A stretch of DNA of 47,073 bases from a virus (taxonomy: Duplodnaviria > Caudoviricetes): positions 1 through 47,073 of the IMG/VR virus record IMGVR_UViG_3300008255_000185; one strand, written 5' to 3'. Below, piece after piece: positions 8,704 to 17,002 of the stretch (positions are counted from its first letter, which is position 1; every line of letters begins with the position of its first letter). Under the pieces are notes generated by a model that worked only from the letters and a program-made list of their open reading frames with translations, made no database searches and was not told where the DNA came from. Made by a program: the position numbers and the translations under genes.

Positions 8704-8970
8704 TCACTTGCCCGCTCCTGCGCAGGCCAGATCGCCAACGACCTCCGCCCCGGCCTGCGACTGCGTCGACTCAATCGTATCCACGAGAACGAAGTCGTTC
8801 GGCATCACTCGGTGTGCAGTGATCTCGGCAACGCGCCGCATCTGTTCGGGACGAGGCACTCGCTGGCCGTGAAGCCATTTGCGGACGCCAGAGATCGACA
8901 CGTCGCCGACATCGTCAGCGAACTGGTCGAGGGAGACGCCGGTTTCGGCGAGGTAATCGGAGAGCTTCAT
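8704..8970 (-). CDS. cro: Cro-like HTH antirepressor
   Basis: MKLSDYL...FADDVG...VRKWLHGQRVPRPE...VMPNDF; divergent from the cI-like gene. Confidence 0.85.
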   Translation of the reverse strand: MKLSDYLAETGVSLDQFADDVGDVSISGVRKWLHGQRVPRPEQMRRVAEITAHRVMPNDFVLVDTIESTQSQAGAEVVGDLACAGAGK

Positions 8971-9021
8971 GACGAGAATATTCGCCACATTGGGGAACCT
9001 CGTCAACCCCAATTTGGGGAG
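8971..9021 (-). promoter_or_regulatory. PR-like promoter with two 17-bp operators (8981-8997, 9005-9021)
   Basis: TTGACG-N17-GAATAT-N7-ATG on the minus strand; operators TTCGCCACATTGGGGAA and AACCCCAATTTGGGGAG. Confidence 0.8.
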
Positions 9022-9057
9022 AGAAGGCCAATTGCGAGCTCTGGCAGTATCCCCGGT

Positions 9058-9702
9058 ATGGGAAACCGACTTAAAGAACTCCGCACTGAACGCGGCTGGA
9101 CACATGATCGCGCGGCCGAGGCGATGGCGATATCCCGCGGACAGTTCATCAAGCTGGAGCGCGGTGAACGTCGACTCACTCTGGATTACATTGATCGGGC
9201 CGCCAAGGCCTTCGGCGTGGACCCGACCATGATCATCTCGGATGGCGGCACAGTCGTGTCTGTCCCGATTGTCGGGCGCGCGGGCGCCGGGCCAAACGGC
9301 GAAGTGATTTTCGATGCCGAGCAACAGGTTCTGGAAGAAGTCCCGGCACCGCCAGGAGCCACTTCGAACACCGTGGGGCTCGGAGTGCAGGGCGATTCCA
9401 TGCGTGGCATTGCTAATGACGGATGGCTGATCTTTTACGACGATCGACACTACCCGCCGACAGAAGAAATGTTCGGCGAACTGTGCGTAGTGGGCACCGG
9501 CTCCGGCAACACGCTGGTGAAGTTCGTCCAACCGGGACGCGGCCCCGGCCTCTACGACCTTGAGAGCTACAACGCGCCAACGATGCGGGATGAGCCAGTT
9601 GAGTGGGCGGCGTTGGTGACCTCGATTGTGCCGCGGAGGCCGGCCAGAAAGATCATGCAGAAAAATCCGCTGATCGGACGAGCGACCGCGAAAGCCGACT
9701 AA
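9058..9702 (+). CDS. cI: CI-like repressor (XRE HTH + S24 peptidase domain)
   Basis: 'LKELRTERGWT...LERGER' HTH; 'VGRAGAG' cleavage region, 'VQGDSM' and 'LVK' catalytic motifs; no SD seen (possibly leaderless). Confidence 0.9.
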   Translation: MGNRLKELRTERGWTHDRAAEAMAISRGQFIKLERGERRLTLDYIDRAAKAFGVDPTMIISDGGTVVSVPIVGRAGAGPNGEVIFDAEQQVLEEVPAPPGATSNTVGLGVQGDSMRGIANDGWLIFYDDRHYPPTEEMFGELCVVGTGSGNTLVKFVQPGRGPGLYDLESYNAPTMRDEPVEWAALVTSIVPRRPARKIMQKNPLIGRATAKAD

Positions 9703-9717
9703 GCCTCATCCCGGGTA

Positions 9718-9762
9718 TTCTCCATATTGGGGTTGACTGATTTCCCATAATGGGGAGAGATT
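9718..9762 (+). promoter_or_regulatory. PL-like promoter with two 17-bp operators (9718-9734, 9741-9757)
   Basis: TTGACT at 9733-9738; operators TTCTCCATATTGGGGTT and TTTCCCATAATGGGGAG match the OR pair. Confidence 0.8.
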
Positions 9763-9987
9763 GCTCTCATCGAACCCCGATGGGAGCCTCTCATGCGTTC
9801 CGTACGCCCCTCGACAATCTCTTGCGACACCGCCGGCACGCCGCCCCTGCCCAAGGGCCCGCACCGCCTGGGGTCGCTTCTTCCCTTTGACCACATCGCA
9901 TCCGGTGGCAGGGCCCCTTCGGCCGCCGGGTCGGCGCCGGTCGTCGCGACTCCTCCCAATGCGGCGACCGGAGCGGCCAATTCGGTT

Positions 9988-10659
9988 TCAGGTGGCGTCG
10001 TGAATATCGGAGCCGGCACGGTCGTAGGAGCGGCCAGTCAGTCGAAGGACATATCCGACGGCGCGATCAGGCCACCACGGCACCACCAGTCGATGTTCGC
10101 GGGCGAGATCATCCTCGTAGAAGGCATCGACGGCGGCGTTGTGCGCCAGAGCCTGAACCATCCGATGTCCAGGGGGCTCTTCAGCGTAGATCATCTGCAG
10201 CTCGGCCTTCAGATCAGCGAGGTCAGCATCGCCGCAGGTGTGAAGCCGAGCGAGAACCTGATGTTGCCGCGCTCGAAGTCTGGCATGGGTCCGGGCCTTC
10301 CCGGAAAGATCGAAGACCAGGTCGACGATGCTAGCGGCGACGACAAGAACAGCGGCCGCCCGCTGCCATATCGCTCCGAAATCTCCGAGAATGGCCGAAA
10401 AGCTGGCGGTTCCGCCAATGAGGACCAGCGCCATCAGCGAACGGTGCACGCCGCCAAGGAAGCCCTCACGCATTGCATGATAGGCGGCCTCGGAAGTGGC
10501 GTTGAAGGCGATGTGATGTCGCGTCAGCGCTTCGGGCTGGGCGGCGGCGGCACTGGACGGAGCGGAGCTTTCGTCCCTGGCGAGCCGCGGTCCGGGACGT
10601 TGATCGGCCGTGGCTGGGGTGGCGGAGCCGGTCGGCTCTTGTCGTCGCTCATCGACCAT
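9988..10659 (-). CDS. Two-TM SLATT-like membrane protein (moron, candidate defence/exclusion)
   Basis: GGAGA RBS; helix-TM-TM-helix layout ('AAYHAMRE...HRSL' / 'KARTHARL'); candidate own promoter TTGCGA-N18-TAGAGT at 10778-10749. Confidence 0.65.
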   Translation of the reverse strand: MVDERRQEPTGSATPATADQRPGPRLARDESSAPSSAAAAQPEALTRHHIAFNATSEAAYHAMREGFLGGVHRSLMALVLIGGTASFSAILGDFGAIWQRAAAVLVVAASIVDLVFDLSGKARTHARLRARQHQVLARLHTCGDADLADLKAELQMIYAEEPPGHRMVQALAHNAAVDAFYEDDLAREHRLVVPWWPDRAVGYVLRLTGRSYDRAGSDIHDAT

Positions 10660-10857
10660 TGGTTTTCTCCAATCCTCAATGTCCTCTCCTTCAAGTCTCG
10701 TGAGGATGTTGCGGGCCGATCCGCGGCTGCTACTGCGGATCGGCACCCACTCTACTTTGCTACAACTGACGATCGCAAACAGCCAAAGCGTCGGGTCCAC
10801 ACAAATGATCGCGGGACGTATCGCGTCGGCCCGTTCTTCGATCCCGCCACCGACACG

Positions 10858-10980
10858 ATGATCGTGCCGGCTCGCGCCACCGGCGACGTGGTCATCGTCG
10901 CGATCCTTCTCCTCATCGCCACCATAGCCTCCGTCGCCATCGGCGTCGGTCTTGGTTGGCTGGCCGCCACCCTCAACTGA
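10858..10980 (+). CDS. Small single-TM protein (start uncertain)
   Basis: Hydrophobic C-terminus of the 9793..10980 ORF (VVIVAILLLIATIASVAIGVGLGWLAA). Confidence 0.45.
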   Translation: MIVPARATGDVVIVAILLLIATIASVAIGVGLGWLAATLN

Positions 10981-10991
10981 CGGAGCCTGTC

Positions 10992-11273
10992 ATGATCCAC
11001 ACCCGCCCCATGACTCCCGCAGAGATCGCCGCCCGTGATGCCGCGATCTGCGCACGGATGAAGGCTGCCGGCCTCTGTCCGGAGCGCGAGTTCCCGCAGG
11101 TCTCCGTCGAGGCCGAATGCATGGCCGCCGACATGATCGACATCGCCGGGGGCGTCGAGAGCCGTTGCACCGACGCCGACCTCATCGGCCGCGGCTGGAC
11201 GCCGTGGGAACTGGCGAAACACGGCGCCGCGGCTCGCCAGCTGGCGCTCGGCAAGACGCGGAGGGATGCCTGA
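10992..11273 (+). CDS. Hypothetical protein
   Basis: GGAG RBS; TGATG coupling to next gene. Confidence 0.7.
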   Translation: MIHTRPMTPAEIAARDAAICARMKAAGLCPEREFPQVSVEAECMAADMIDIAGGVESRCTDADLIGRGWTPWELAKHGAAARQLALGKTRRDA

Positions 11274-11383
11274 TGGCCGCCCTCGCTCGCGAGTATGCCG
11301 GTGCGCTGTTCGAGCTCGTCGTCCTCGGCAGCTTCCTGGCGACGCTCGTCATCGTCGCAGCGCTGATCGGCGGTGCCGCATGA
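11273..11383 (+). CDS. 36-aa membrane peptide
   Basis: Coupled at both ends; single hydrophobic helix. Confidence 0.6.
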   Translation: MAALAREYAGALFELVVLGSFLATLVIVAALIGGAA

Positions 11384-11739
11384 CCGCGCCCCATCGCATC
11401 GGCGATCTCGCCGCCGAATTCGGCGTCAGCCTGCGCACCCTGCGCTTCTATGAGGATCGCGGCCTGCTGTCTCCAGAGCGCCGGGGCACGCGGCGGCTCT
11501 ATTCCGATGCTGACCGGAAGAAGCTCGGCCGCATCCTGCAGCTCGCCCGCTTTGAGTTCTCGCTGACCGAGATCGCACGGCTCATAAAGCTCGATCCCGA
11601 CTCCGAGATATTCCTGACGGCGCTGACCATCCGCCTGCAGGACCTCGACGACGACATCGCGGCGCGCATGAAGGCCCGCGAGGATCTGCGCGATCTCGTT
11701 GCCTCCACCTGGCGCGAACACCATGCGGAGGCCGCATGA
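11380..11739 (+). CDS. MerR-family HTH regulator
   Basis: 'IGDLAAEFGVSLRTLRFYEDRGLLSPER...RLYS'. Confidence 0.9.
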   Translation: MTAPHRIGDLAAEFGVSLRTLRFYEDRGLLSPERRGTRRLYSDADRKKLGRILQLARFEFSLTEIARLIKLDPDSEIFLTALTIRLQDLDDDIAARMKAREDLRDLVASTWREHHAEAA

Positions 11740-11912
11740 CCAAGCCTCTCACGCCCTTCCGCGTCCATTTCGACGCCATCGCAGGAAAGGTGCCGGCGCC
11801 GGTGATCATCACCGCCGCGAAACCGCATGACGCCGAGACCGAAGCCCTGCGTCGCCATCCGGACCGCACCGTGGCAAAGGTCAAGCGCGACAAGTCCGGA
11901 GGTCATCCATGA
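11736..11912 (+). CDS. 58-aa hypothetical protein (MTKPLTPFRVHF...)
   Basis: ATGA overlaps at both ends; GGAGG RBS; below the ORF-track cutoff. Confidence 0.65.
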   Translation: MTKPLTPFRVHFDAIAGKVPAPVIITAAKPHDAETEALRRHPDRTVAKVKRDKSGGHP

Positions 11913-12595
11913 CCGCCTGCACGCCAACCCGCACCGGCCGCGCGCTGGACTTCGCCGCGCCGGTCGTCGAGGCCGAGCATCTGTTCAGCGAGATCGCCCA
12001 TGGTCTTTCGCTGATCGCGCGCTTCGCCGGCCAGACCGACACCGCCTATTCGGTGGCTCAGCATTCCGTGCTGATGGCCGAGGTCTGCGAGGACGAGATC
12101 GACGATCCGCTGATCGCCGCCTACTGCCTCCTGCATCACGGGCACAAGGCGTATCTCGGCGACACGCCGAGCCCGGCCAAGGCCGCCCTCGAGGCGGAGT
12201 GGATCACCGTGGGGGTCGAGAAGGGTTTGCCCGACACGATCGTCGAAGCGCAGATCGCTCGCGACCGTTACATGCGGCGGCGGATCGAGCAACGCCTCGA
12301 CACGGTGATCCACCGCGCCGCCTGTCTGCCGCCGATCGATGATCGCGCCCGCACCATCGTCGAGAGCTACGACGTGCGCGCCACCAAGACCGAGCGCCGC
12401 GACCTGATGAAGCGATGGGACCCGCGCCCGTGGCACCCGTCCGTCGAACAGGCACAGCCGCTCTTGCTTCGCCAGCGCCACATCAAGCCGTGGGTCGCTG
12501 GCGTCGCAGCAGAGCGCTTCATCATCGCCCTTAACCGCCTCTGTCCCGATGCGGCCCTCGCCGCCAAACGCCTCGCCGAAGGAGACGCAGCGTGA
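11909..12595 (+). CDS. YfdR-like HD-domain phosphohydrolase homolog with altered motif
   Basis: 'IAHGLSLIARFAGQT...YSVAQHS...LLHHGHKAYLGD...ATKTERRDL'. Confidence 0.8.
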   Translation: MTACTPTRTGRALDFAAPVVEAEHLFSEIAHGLSLIARFAGQTDTAYSVAQHSVLMAEVCEDEIDDPLIAAYCLLHHGHKAYLGDTPSPAKAALEAEWITVGVEKGLPDTIVEAQIARDRYMRRRIEQRLDTVIHRAACLPPIDDRARTIVESYDVRATKTERRDLMKRWDPRPWHPSVEQAQPLLLRQRHIKPWVAGVAAERFIIALNRLCPDAALAAKRLAEGDAA

Positions 12596-12942
12596 AACTG
12601 ATCCGCGAACCGCAGGCCCTCATCGGCCTTCTGGAAGAAGGCGAGCTCGCCGAGACCATGAAGCGCGAGCTGGCGGACACGTTGACCGCGCTGAACGAGG
12701 CGGCCGGACCGAAGGGCAAGGCGAACGGCCACGTGACGCTGAAGCTCAACCTGAAGGTCGAGGCCGGCATGGTGACGATCCAGTCCGACCTGACGTCCAA
12801 GCGCCCCAAGGAAGAGCGCCGCTCGACCGTCTTCTGGGTCACCGAGGACGGCGCGCTCTCCACCCAGCATCCGCGCCAGCACGACATGTTCGAGGGCCCG
12901 CGTGCGGTGCCTTCGCGCAGCCAGGACGCCGTCGGCGAGTAG
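12592..12942 (+). CDS. Conserved phage protein (usual partner of DUF2303)
   Basis: 'G.VTLKL...K.PK...FWVTEDGALSTQHPRQ'; GGAG RBS, GTGA overlap. Confidence 0.75.
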   Translation: MKLIREPQALIGLLEEGELAETMKRELADTLTALNEAAGPKGKANGHVTLKLNLKVEAGMVTIQSDLTSKRPKEERRSTVFWVTEDGALSTQHPRQHDMFEGPRAVPSRSQDAVGE

Positions 12943-12987
12943 CCGGCAAAACCGCTTCCGATTTCCTTACAATGAAAGGACCCGGCC

Positions 12988-13992
12988 ATGGCCGACACGA
13001 CCACGACAGCAACGGCGCCTGAGGCCGAACTGGTGACGCCGACCACATGGAACACCAGCGAGGCCCTGCGGCTGGACGGCGACGCCGTCGAGAAGCTCGC
13101 CACGCTCGGTTCCCGCGCCAGCGGCGTCGAGATCGCGTTCGTCGACTATGCCAACGAGCGCATGCCCGGCCTGCCGGACCGCTTTCCCATCGCCATCGTG
13201 CACGGCGACAAGCCGGAGATCGTCGATCTCAAAGGCAAGGCCGAGCACTGGCGGACGTCACCCGACCGCCGGCGCGGCACCGTCACCGCGGGTTCGCTCC
13301 AGAGCTTCATCGACCTGGTGCAGCGCCACGCCACCGAGCATTCGGTCGTCTTCGCCGATTCCGACTGGACCAAGCCGAGCCTGACGGCGGTCATCGATTA
13401 TCACGACAAGGATCCGAAGGGTTTTGCCGACAATGGCGCCCACCGCGTCCGCTACAACTTCCCGCTCTCCGAAGAATGGCAGGCGTGGGTGAAGAGCAAC
13501 GGCGTGATGATGACGCAGGCGGACTTCGCGGGATTCGTAGAGGATCGCATTCCCGACATCACGGCCGCCGAGGATGCGATCCGCCTGATGGTCGAGCGTG
13601 ATCTGCTTACCACGGTCGCGACGCCGGCCCAGTTGATCCAGCTCGCCCGCGGCTTGCAGGTGAATGTCGAGGCCCAGGTCAAGAACAGCGTCACGCTGCA
13701 GTCGGGCGAAGGCCAGGTCGTCTTCGAGGAGAAGCATACGGGCGCCGACGGTCAGCCGATCAAGGTGCCAGGCGCCTTCGTCCTCTTCGTTGCGCCGTTC
13801 TTCCGCGATGACCCCGTCGAGGTTCCGGTCCGGCTGCGGTACCGCGCCAAGAGCGGTGCGTTGATCTGGTTCTACCAGCTCTACCGGCCGGATCGCGTCA
13901 TTGCGGAGGCCGTCGACCACGCCATGGCCTCGGTGAAGTCGGCTACCGGCCTGCCCGTCTATGAGGGCGAACCAGAAATGCGGTGTGCCTAA
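12988..13992 (+). CDS. DUF2303 (YfdQ-like) protein
   Basis: 'SFIDLV', 'AVIDYH', 'SEEWQAW', 'QADFAGFVED', 'VRLRYR'. Confidence 0.85.
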   Translation: MADTTTTATAPEAELVTPTTWNTSEALRLDGDAVEKLATLGSRASGVEIAFVDYANERMPGLPDRFPIAIVHGDKPEIVDLKGKAEHWRTSPDRRRGTVTAGSLQSFIDLVQRHATEHSVVFADSDWTKPSLTAVIDYHDKDPKGFADNGAHRVRYNFPLSEEWQAWVKSNGVMMTQADFAGFVEDRIPDITAAEDAIRLMVERDLLTTVATPAQLIQLARGLQVNVEAQVKNSVTLQSGEGQVVFEEKHTGADGQPIKVPGAFVLFVAPFFRDDPVEVPVRLRYRAKSGALIWFYQLYRPDRVIAEAVDHAMASVKSATGLPVYEGEPEMRCA

Positions 13993-13996
13993 TCCC

Positions 13997-14251
13997 ATGA
14001 CCACCGCCCGCCCCATTCAGATCGCGGCCTGCGACCGGTTCAGTTCGGCACACAAGGATCTCGGCGCCTTCGTCGATTCCCTGTGCGGCACCGTCGCGAT
14101 CGAATGGCGGCGGGCGGGCGTCGAGGGCGTCCGCATCCTCGACGCCGAGCTGCAGGATGATGTCCTACTGTTGCTCACCGGTCCGGGCCAGGAGCCGCTC
14201 GACCGTGCCGCCGTGAAGACCTTCCTCGAACTGAAGAGGCAGCCGCAATGA
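13997..14251 (+). CDS. Hypothetical protein
   Basis: Operon-packed ORF with ATGA coupling downstream. Confidence 0.6.
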   Translation: MTTARPIQIAACDRFSSAHKDLGAFVDSLCGTVAIEWRRAGVEGVRILDAELQDDVLLLLTGPGQEPLDRAAVKTFLELKRQPQ

Positions 14252-14451
14252 AGATGCTCGTGACCGCCGTCCTGAAATGCGACGGCGCCAACTGGACCTC
14301 ACAGCAGGTCATGGATTGGCTTGACGCCGCCGCGCGCCAGGCTGGGCTGCCGATCGAGATGGCGCAGGTGCTGCCCTACGATCCGCCGGAAGAGCCCGAC
14401 CATTCTGCCACCGACGTCGCCCCACCGGTTCAGACAACAGGCGATCTCTGA
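14248..14451 (+). CDS. Hypothetical protein
   Basis: Coupled at both ends. Confidence 0.6.
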   Translation: MKMLVTAVLKCDGANWTSQQVMDWLDAAARQAGLPIEMAQVLPYDPPEEPDHSATDVAPPVQTTGDL

Positions 14452-14732
14452 TGACGGAGCGTGAACCCACACCGGCGGAAGTCGCCGGCGGGGACATCAT
14501 TGCCCGTCTTCAGACAATGAGCACCAGCGACTGCCTCGATGCGCTGTGCCTAGCAACCGCAATCACACTGTGGTCCGCCGCGACCAACGACAGCGATGCG
14601 CGTGAGGGCGTCGATCTGTTTGGGCGGAATCTGGCCGATGCACTGGCTTGCCTTGGCACCACAGAAGGCGTGAGCGCCGGCGCTGATGCAGTCCACCAAA
14701 GGGACGCTGACCGGAAGGGAGAGCCGCAGTGA
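14451..14732 (+). CDS. Hypothetical protein
   Basis: Coupled at both ends. Confidence 0.6.
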   Translation: MTEREPTPAEVAGGDIIARLQTMSTSDCLDALCLATAITLWSAATNDSDAREGVDLFGRNLADALACLGTTEGVSAGADAVHQRDADRKGEPQ

Positions 14733-15097
14733 AGAATCGTCTGTCCGACCTGAACAACCACCTGTTCGCCCAGCTCGAGCGTCTGTCCGACGAAGGTCTG
14801 AGCGCTGAGCAGGTCGATCAGGAGGTCGAGCGCGCCAAGGCAATCGTCGGAGTGTCTGACCAGATCGTCGGGGCGGCAGCCCTGCAGTTCAAGGCGGCAG
14901 AACTGATCGCCAGACATGGGCGGGGGGTCTCCGACATGATCCCGGAAAGCATGGCTGGACGGCAGATTGAGCACCGCAAAATCGAGGGGCCAAAGAGCGA
15001 CGAAGAGCGCGAACGCGCTGAAGCAGACGCCCGACGGTTCGCTCGCGAAAGCGAGGAAGAGCAGCAGGAATGGGCGCGGCAGGAGGCAGCGCAATGA
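14729..15097 (+). CDS. Conserved phage protein (MKNRLSDLNNHLFAQLERL family)
   Basis: Recognisable N-terminal motif usually found beside an HNH-like gene; GGGAGAG RBS. Confidence 0.8.
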   Translation: MKNRLSDLNNHLFAQLERLSDEGLSAEQVDQEVERAKAIVGVSDQIVGAAALQFKAAELIARHGRGVSDMIPESMAGRQIEHRKIEGPKSDEERERAEADARRFARESEEEQQEWARQEAAQ

Positions 15098-15951
15098 AGC
15101 GCCGCAGCATCCCCTACAGCGCCGACGAAATGGCATGGCTGGAAGCCAACCGCACCATGATCATCAGCGACTATCACCGCGCGTTCTGCACCGCATTCGG
15201 TCGGGATGACGTGTCGGCCGCGAACCTGCACGGGCTGCGCAAGCGCAAGGGCTGGAAGGTCGGCCGCGCGAAGGGCCGCTACGTCGGTCGCCGTCGCCTT
15301 CTCAGCGATGCAGAGGTCACCTGGTTGCGCGAGAACGTGACGCTGGCAACGACGGAATGGCACCGGCAATTCGCCTGCCTGTTCGCCCGCGACGATGTTA
15401 CCGTCTCGCAACTGATCACCTTTCGCAAGAACCAGGGCTGGAAAACCGGCCGCACCGGCTGCTTCGAAAAGGGCGCGGTGCCGGTCAACAAGGGCAAGGC
15501 CTGCGCGCCTGGAACCGGCGGACGGCATCCGAACGCGCGGAAGACGCAGTTCAAGAACGGCCATGAGCCCCACAACACCAAGTATCTCGGGCACGAGCGC
15601 GTCAATAAGGACGGCTATGTCGAGATCAGCGTTGCTGAGACAAACCCGCACACCGGGTATGGGCGGCGCTACGTGCACAAGCACGTCCATCTGTGGACAC
15701 AAGAGAACGGCCCGGTTCCGGAGGGCTTTGCCCTCAAGTGCCTGGACGCGGACAAGACGAACACCGATCCCTCGAATTGGGAGCTCGTGCCGCGCGGCAT
15801 GCTGCCACGGCTCAATGGGCGCTCCGGACGCGGTTACGACAAGGCCCCCGACGAGCTGAAGCCGACCATCATGGCGGTGGCGAAGCTCGAGCACCGGGTC
15901 CGCGAGAAGGCGCGGACGCCATCCCACGCGGCGGGAGGCGACCGTGGCTGA
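15094..15951 (+). CDS. HNH_3-like endonuclease-domain protein with two N-terminal repeats
   Basis: 'G.ERV.KDGY.EI', 'H.HLW...NGPVPEG...DADKTN...SNWELV'. Confidence 0.8.
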   Translation: MKRRSIPYSADEMAWLEANRTMIISDYHRAFCTAFGRDDVSAANLHGLRKRKGWKVGRAKGRYVGRRRLLSDAEVTWLRENVTLATTEWHRQFACLFARDDVTVSQLITFRKNQGWKTGRTGCFEKGAVPVNKGKACAPGTGGRHPNARKTQFKNGHEPHNTKYLGHERVNKDGYVEISVAETNPHTGYGRRYVHKHVHLWTQENGPVPEGFALKCLDADKTNTDPSNWELVPRGMLPRLNGRSGRGYDKAPDELKPTIMAVAKLEHRVREKARTPSHAAGGDRG

Positions 15952-17002
15952 TCACACCAAGATCGAGTGGACCGACGCGACCTGGAACGTCATCACCGGC
16001 TGTTCCGTCGTCTCGCCTGGCTGCACCAACTGCTACGCGATGAAGCTCGCCGGTACGAGGCTGCGCAACATCCCATCGCGCGTCGGCCTGACGCGCGACA
16101 GCAAAGCCGGGCCCGTTTGGAACGGCACCATCCGCTTCAACAAGGAATGGCTCGACCAGCCGCTGCGCTGGCGGCGCCCGCGCATGATCTTCGTCTGCGC
16201 CCATGGTGACCTGTTCGCCGAGGGCGTGACCGACGCTATGCTCGACAAGGTCTTTGCCGTGATGGCGCTGGCGTCGCAGCACAAGTTCCAGGTGTTGACA
16301 AAGCGGCCGGAGCGGATGCGGGCTTACCTGAACGGATACCGCTCTATCGACAACGGGACCGAGGCGTCCGCAGCGTCATTCATTGCGCACGCCGCCCACG
16401 ATCCACTTCTGTTTGACGTCACCGACTGGCCCCTGCCCAACGTCTGGCTCGGCGTCTCGGTCGAGGACCAGAAGCGCGCCGACGAGCGCATCCCGGTCCT
16501 GCTCGACACGCCGGCGGCGGTGCGATGGATCTCGGCCGAGCCGCTGCTGGGACCGGTCGATCTGACTTCGGTCGACACGGGGTCCGGCTGGGTAGATTCC
16601 CTTCAAAGTTACATTCGCTATCCGATGGCGAGCGCCGGCCATTTCAGGAACGAGCCGATCGATTGGCCGCACCTGGACTGGATCGTCGCCGGCGGCGAGA
16701 GCGGCCACGGCGCCCGACCGATGCATCCCGATTGGGCGCGCTGTATCCGCGACCAATGCGCTGCCGCCGGCGTGCCTTTCCTTTTCAAGCAGCACGGCGG
16801 TTGGGCCCCACGGCGCCCAGCCGAACACGGCGATCTCGTAAGCTATCCCAAGTCCGTGATCGTCCGTCCTGACGGCGGCATCACGTCCGGCTTGATGGCT
16901 TACGGTTCGGACGCATGGGTCATGGACCAGGTCGGCAAGAAGGCCGCGGGCCGCCTCCTCGACGGGATGACGCACGACGGCTTCCCGCAGGAGCGGCCAT
17001 GA
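15944..17002 (+). CDS. DUF5131 (Gp37/Gp68) radical-SAM-like protein
   Basis: 'IEWTDATWN..TGC..VSPGCTNCYA', 'LTKRPER', 'WIVAGGESG', 'FLFKQ'. Confidence 0.92.
   Translation: MADHTKIEWTDATWNVITGCSVVSPGCTNCYAMKLAGTRLRNIPSRVGLTRDSKAGPVWNGTIRFNKEWLDQPLRWRRPRMIFVCAHGDLFAEGVTDAMLDKVFAVMALASQHKFQVLTKRPERMRAYLNGYRSIDNGTEASAASFIAHAAHDPLLFDVTDWPLPNVWLGVSVEDQKRADERIPVLLDTPAAVRWISAEPLLGPVDLTSVDTGSGWVDSLQSYIRYPMASAGHFRNEPIDWPHLDWIVAGGESGHGARPMHPDWARCIRDQCAAAGVPFLFKQHGGWAPRRPAEHGDLVSYPKSVIVRPDGGITSGLMAYGSDAWVMDQVGKKAAGRLLDGMTHDGFPQERP

Noticed and set aside
8209-9057. N-terminal extension of the 497-aa cI ORF
   Set aside because: Runs through cro and the operators; the HTH begins at ATG 9058.
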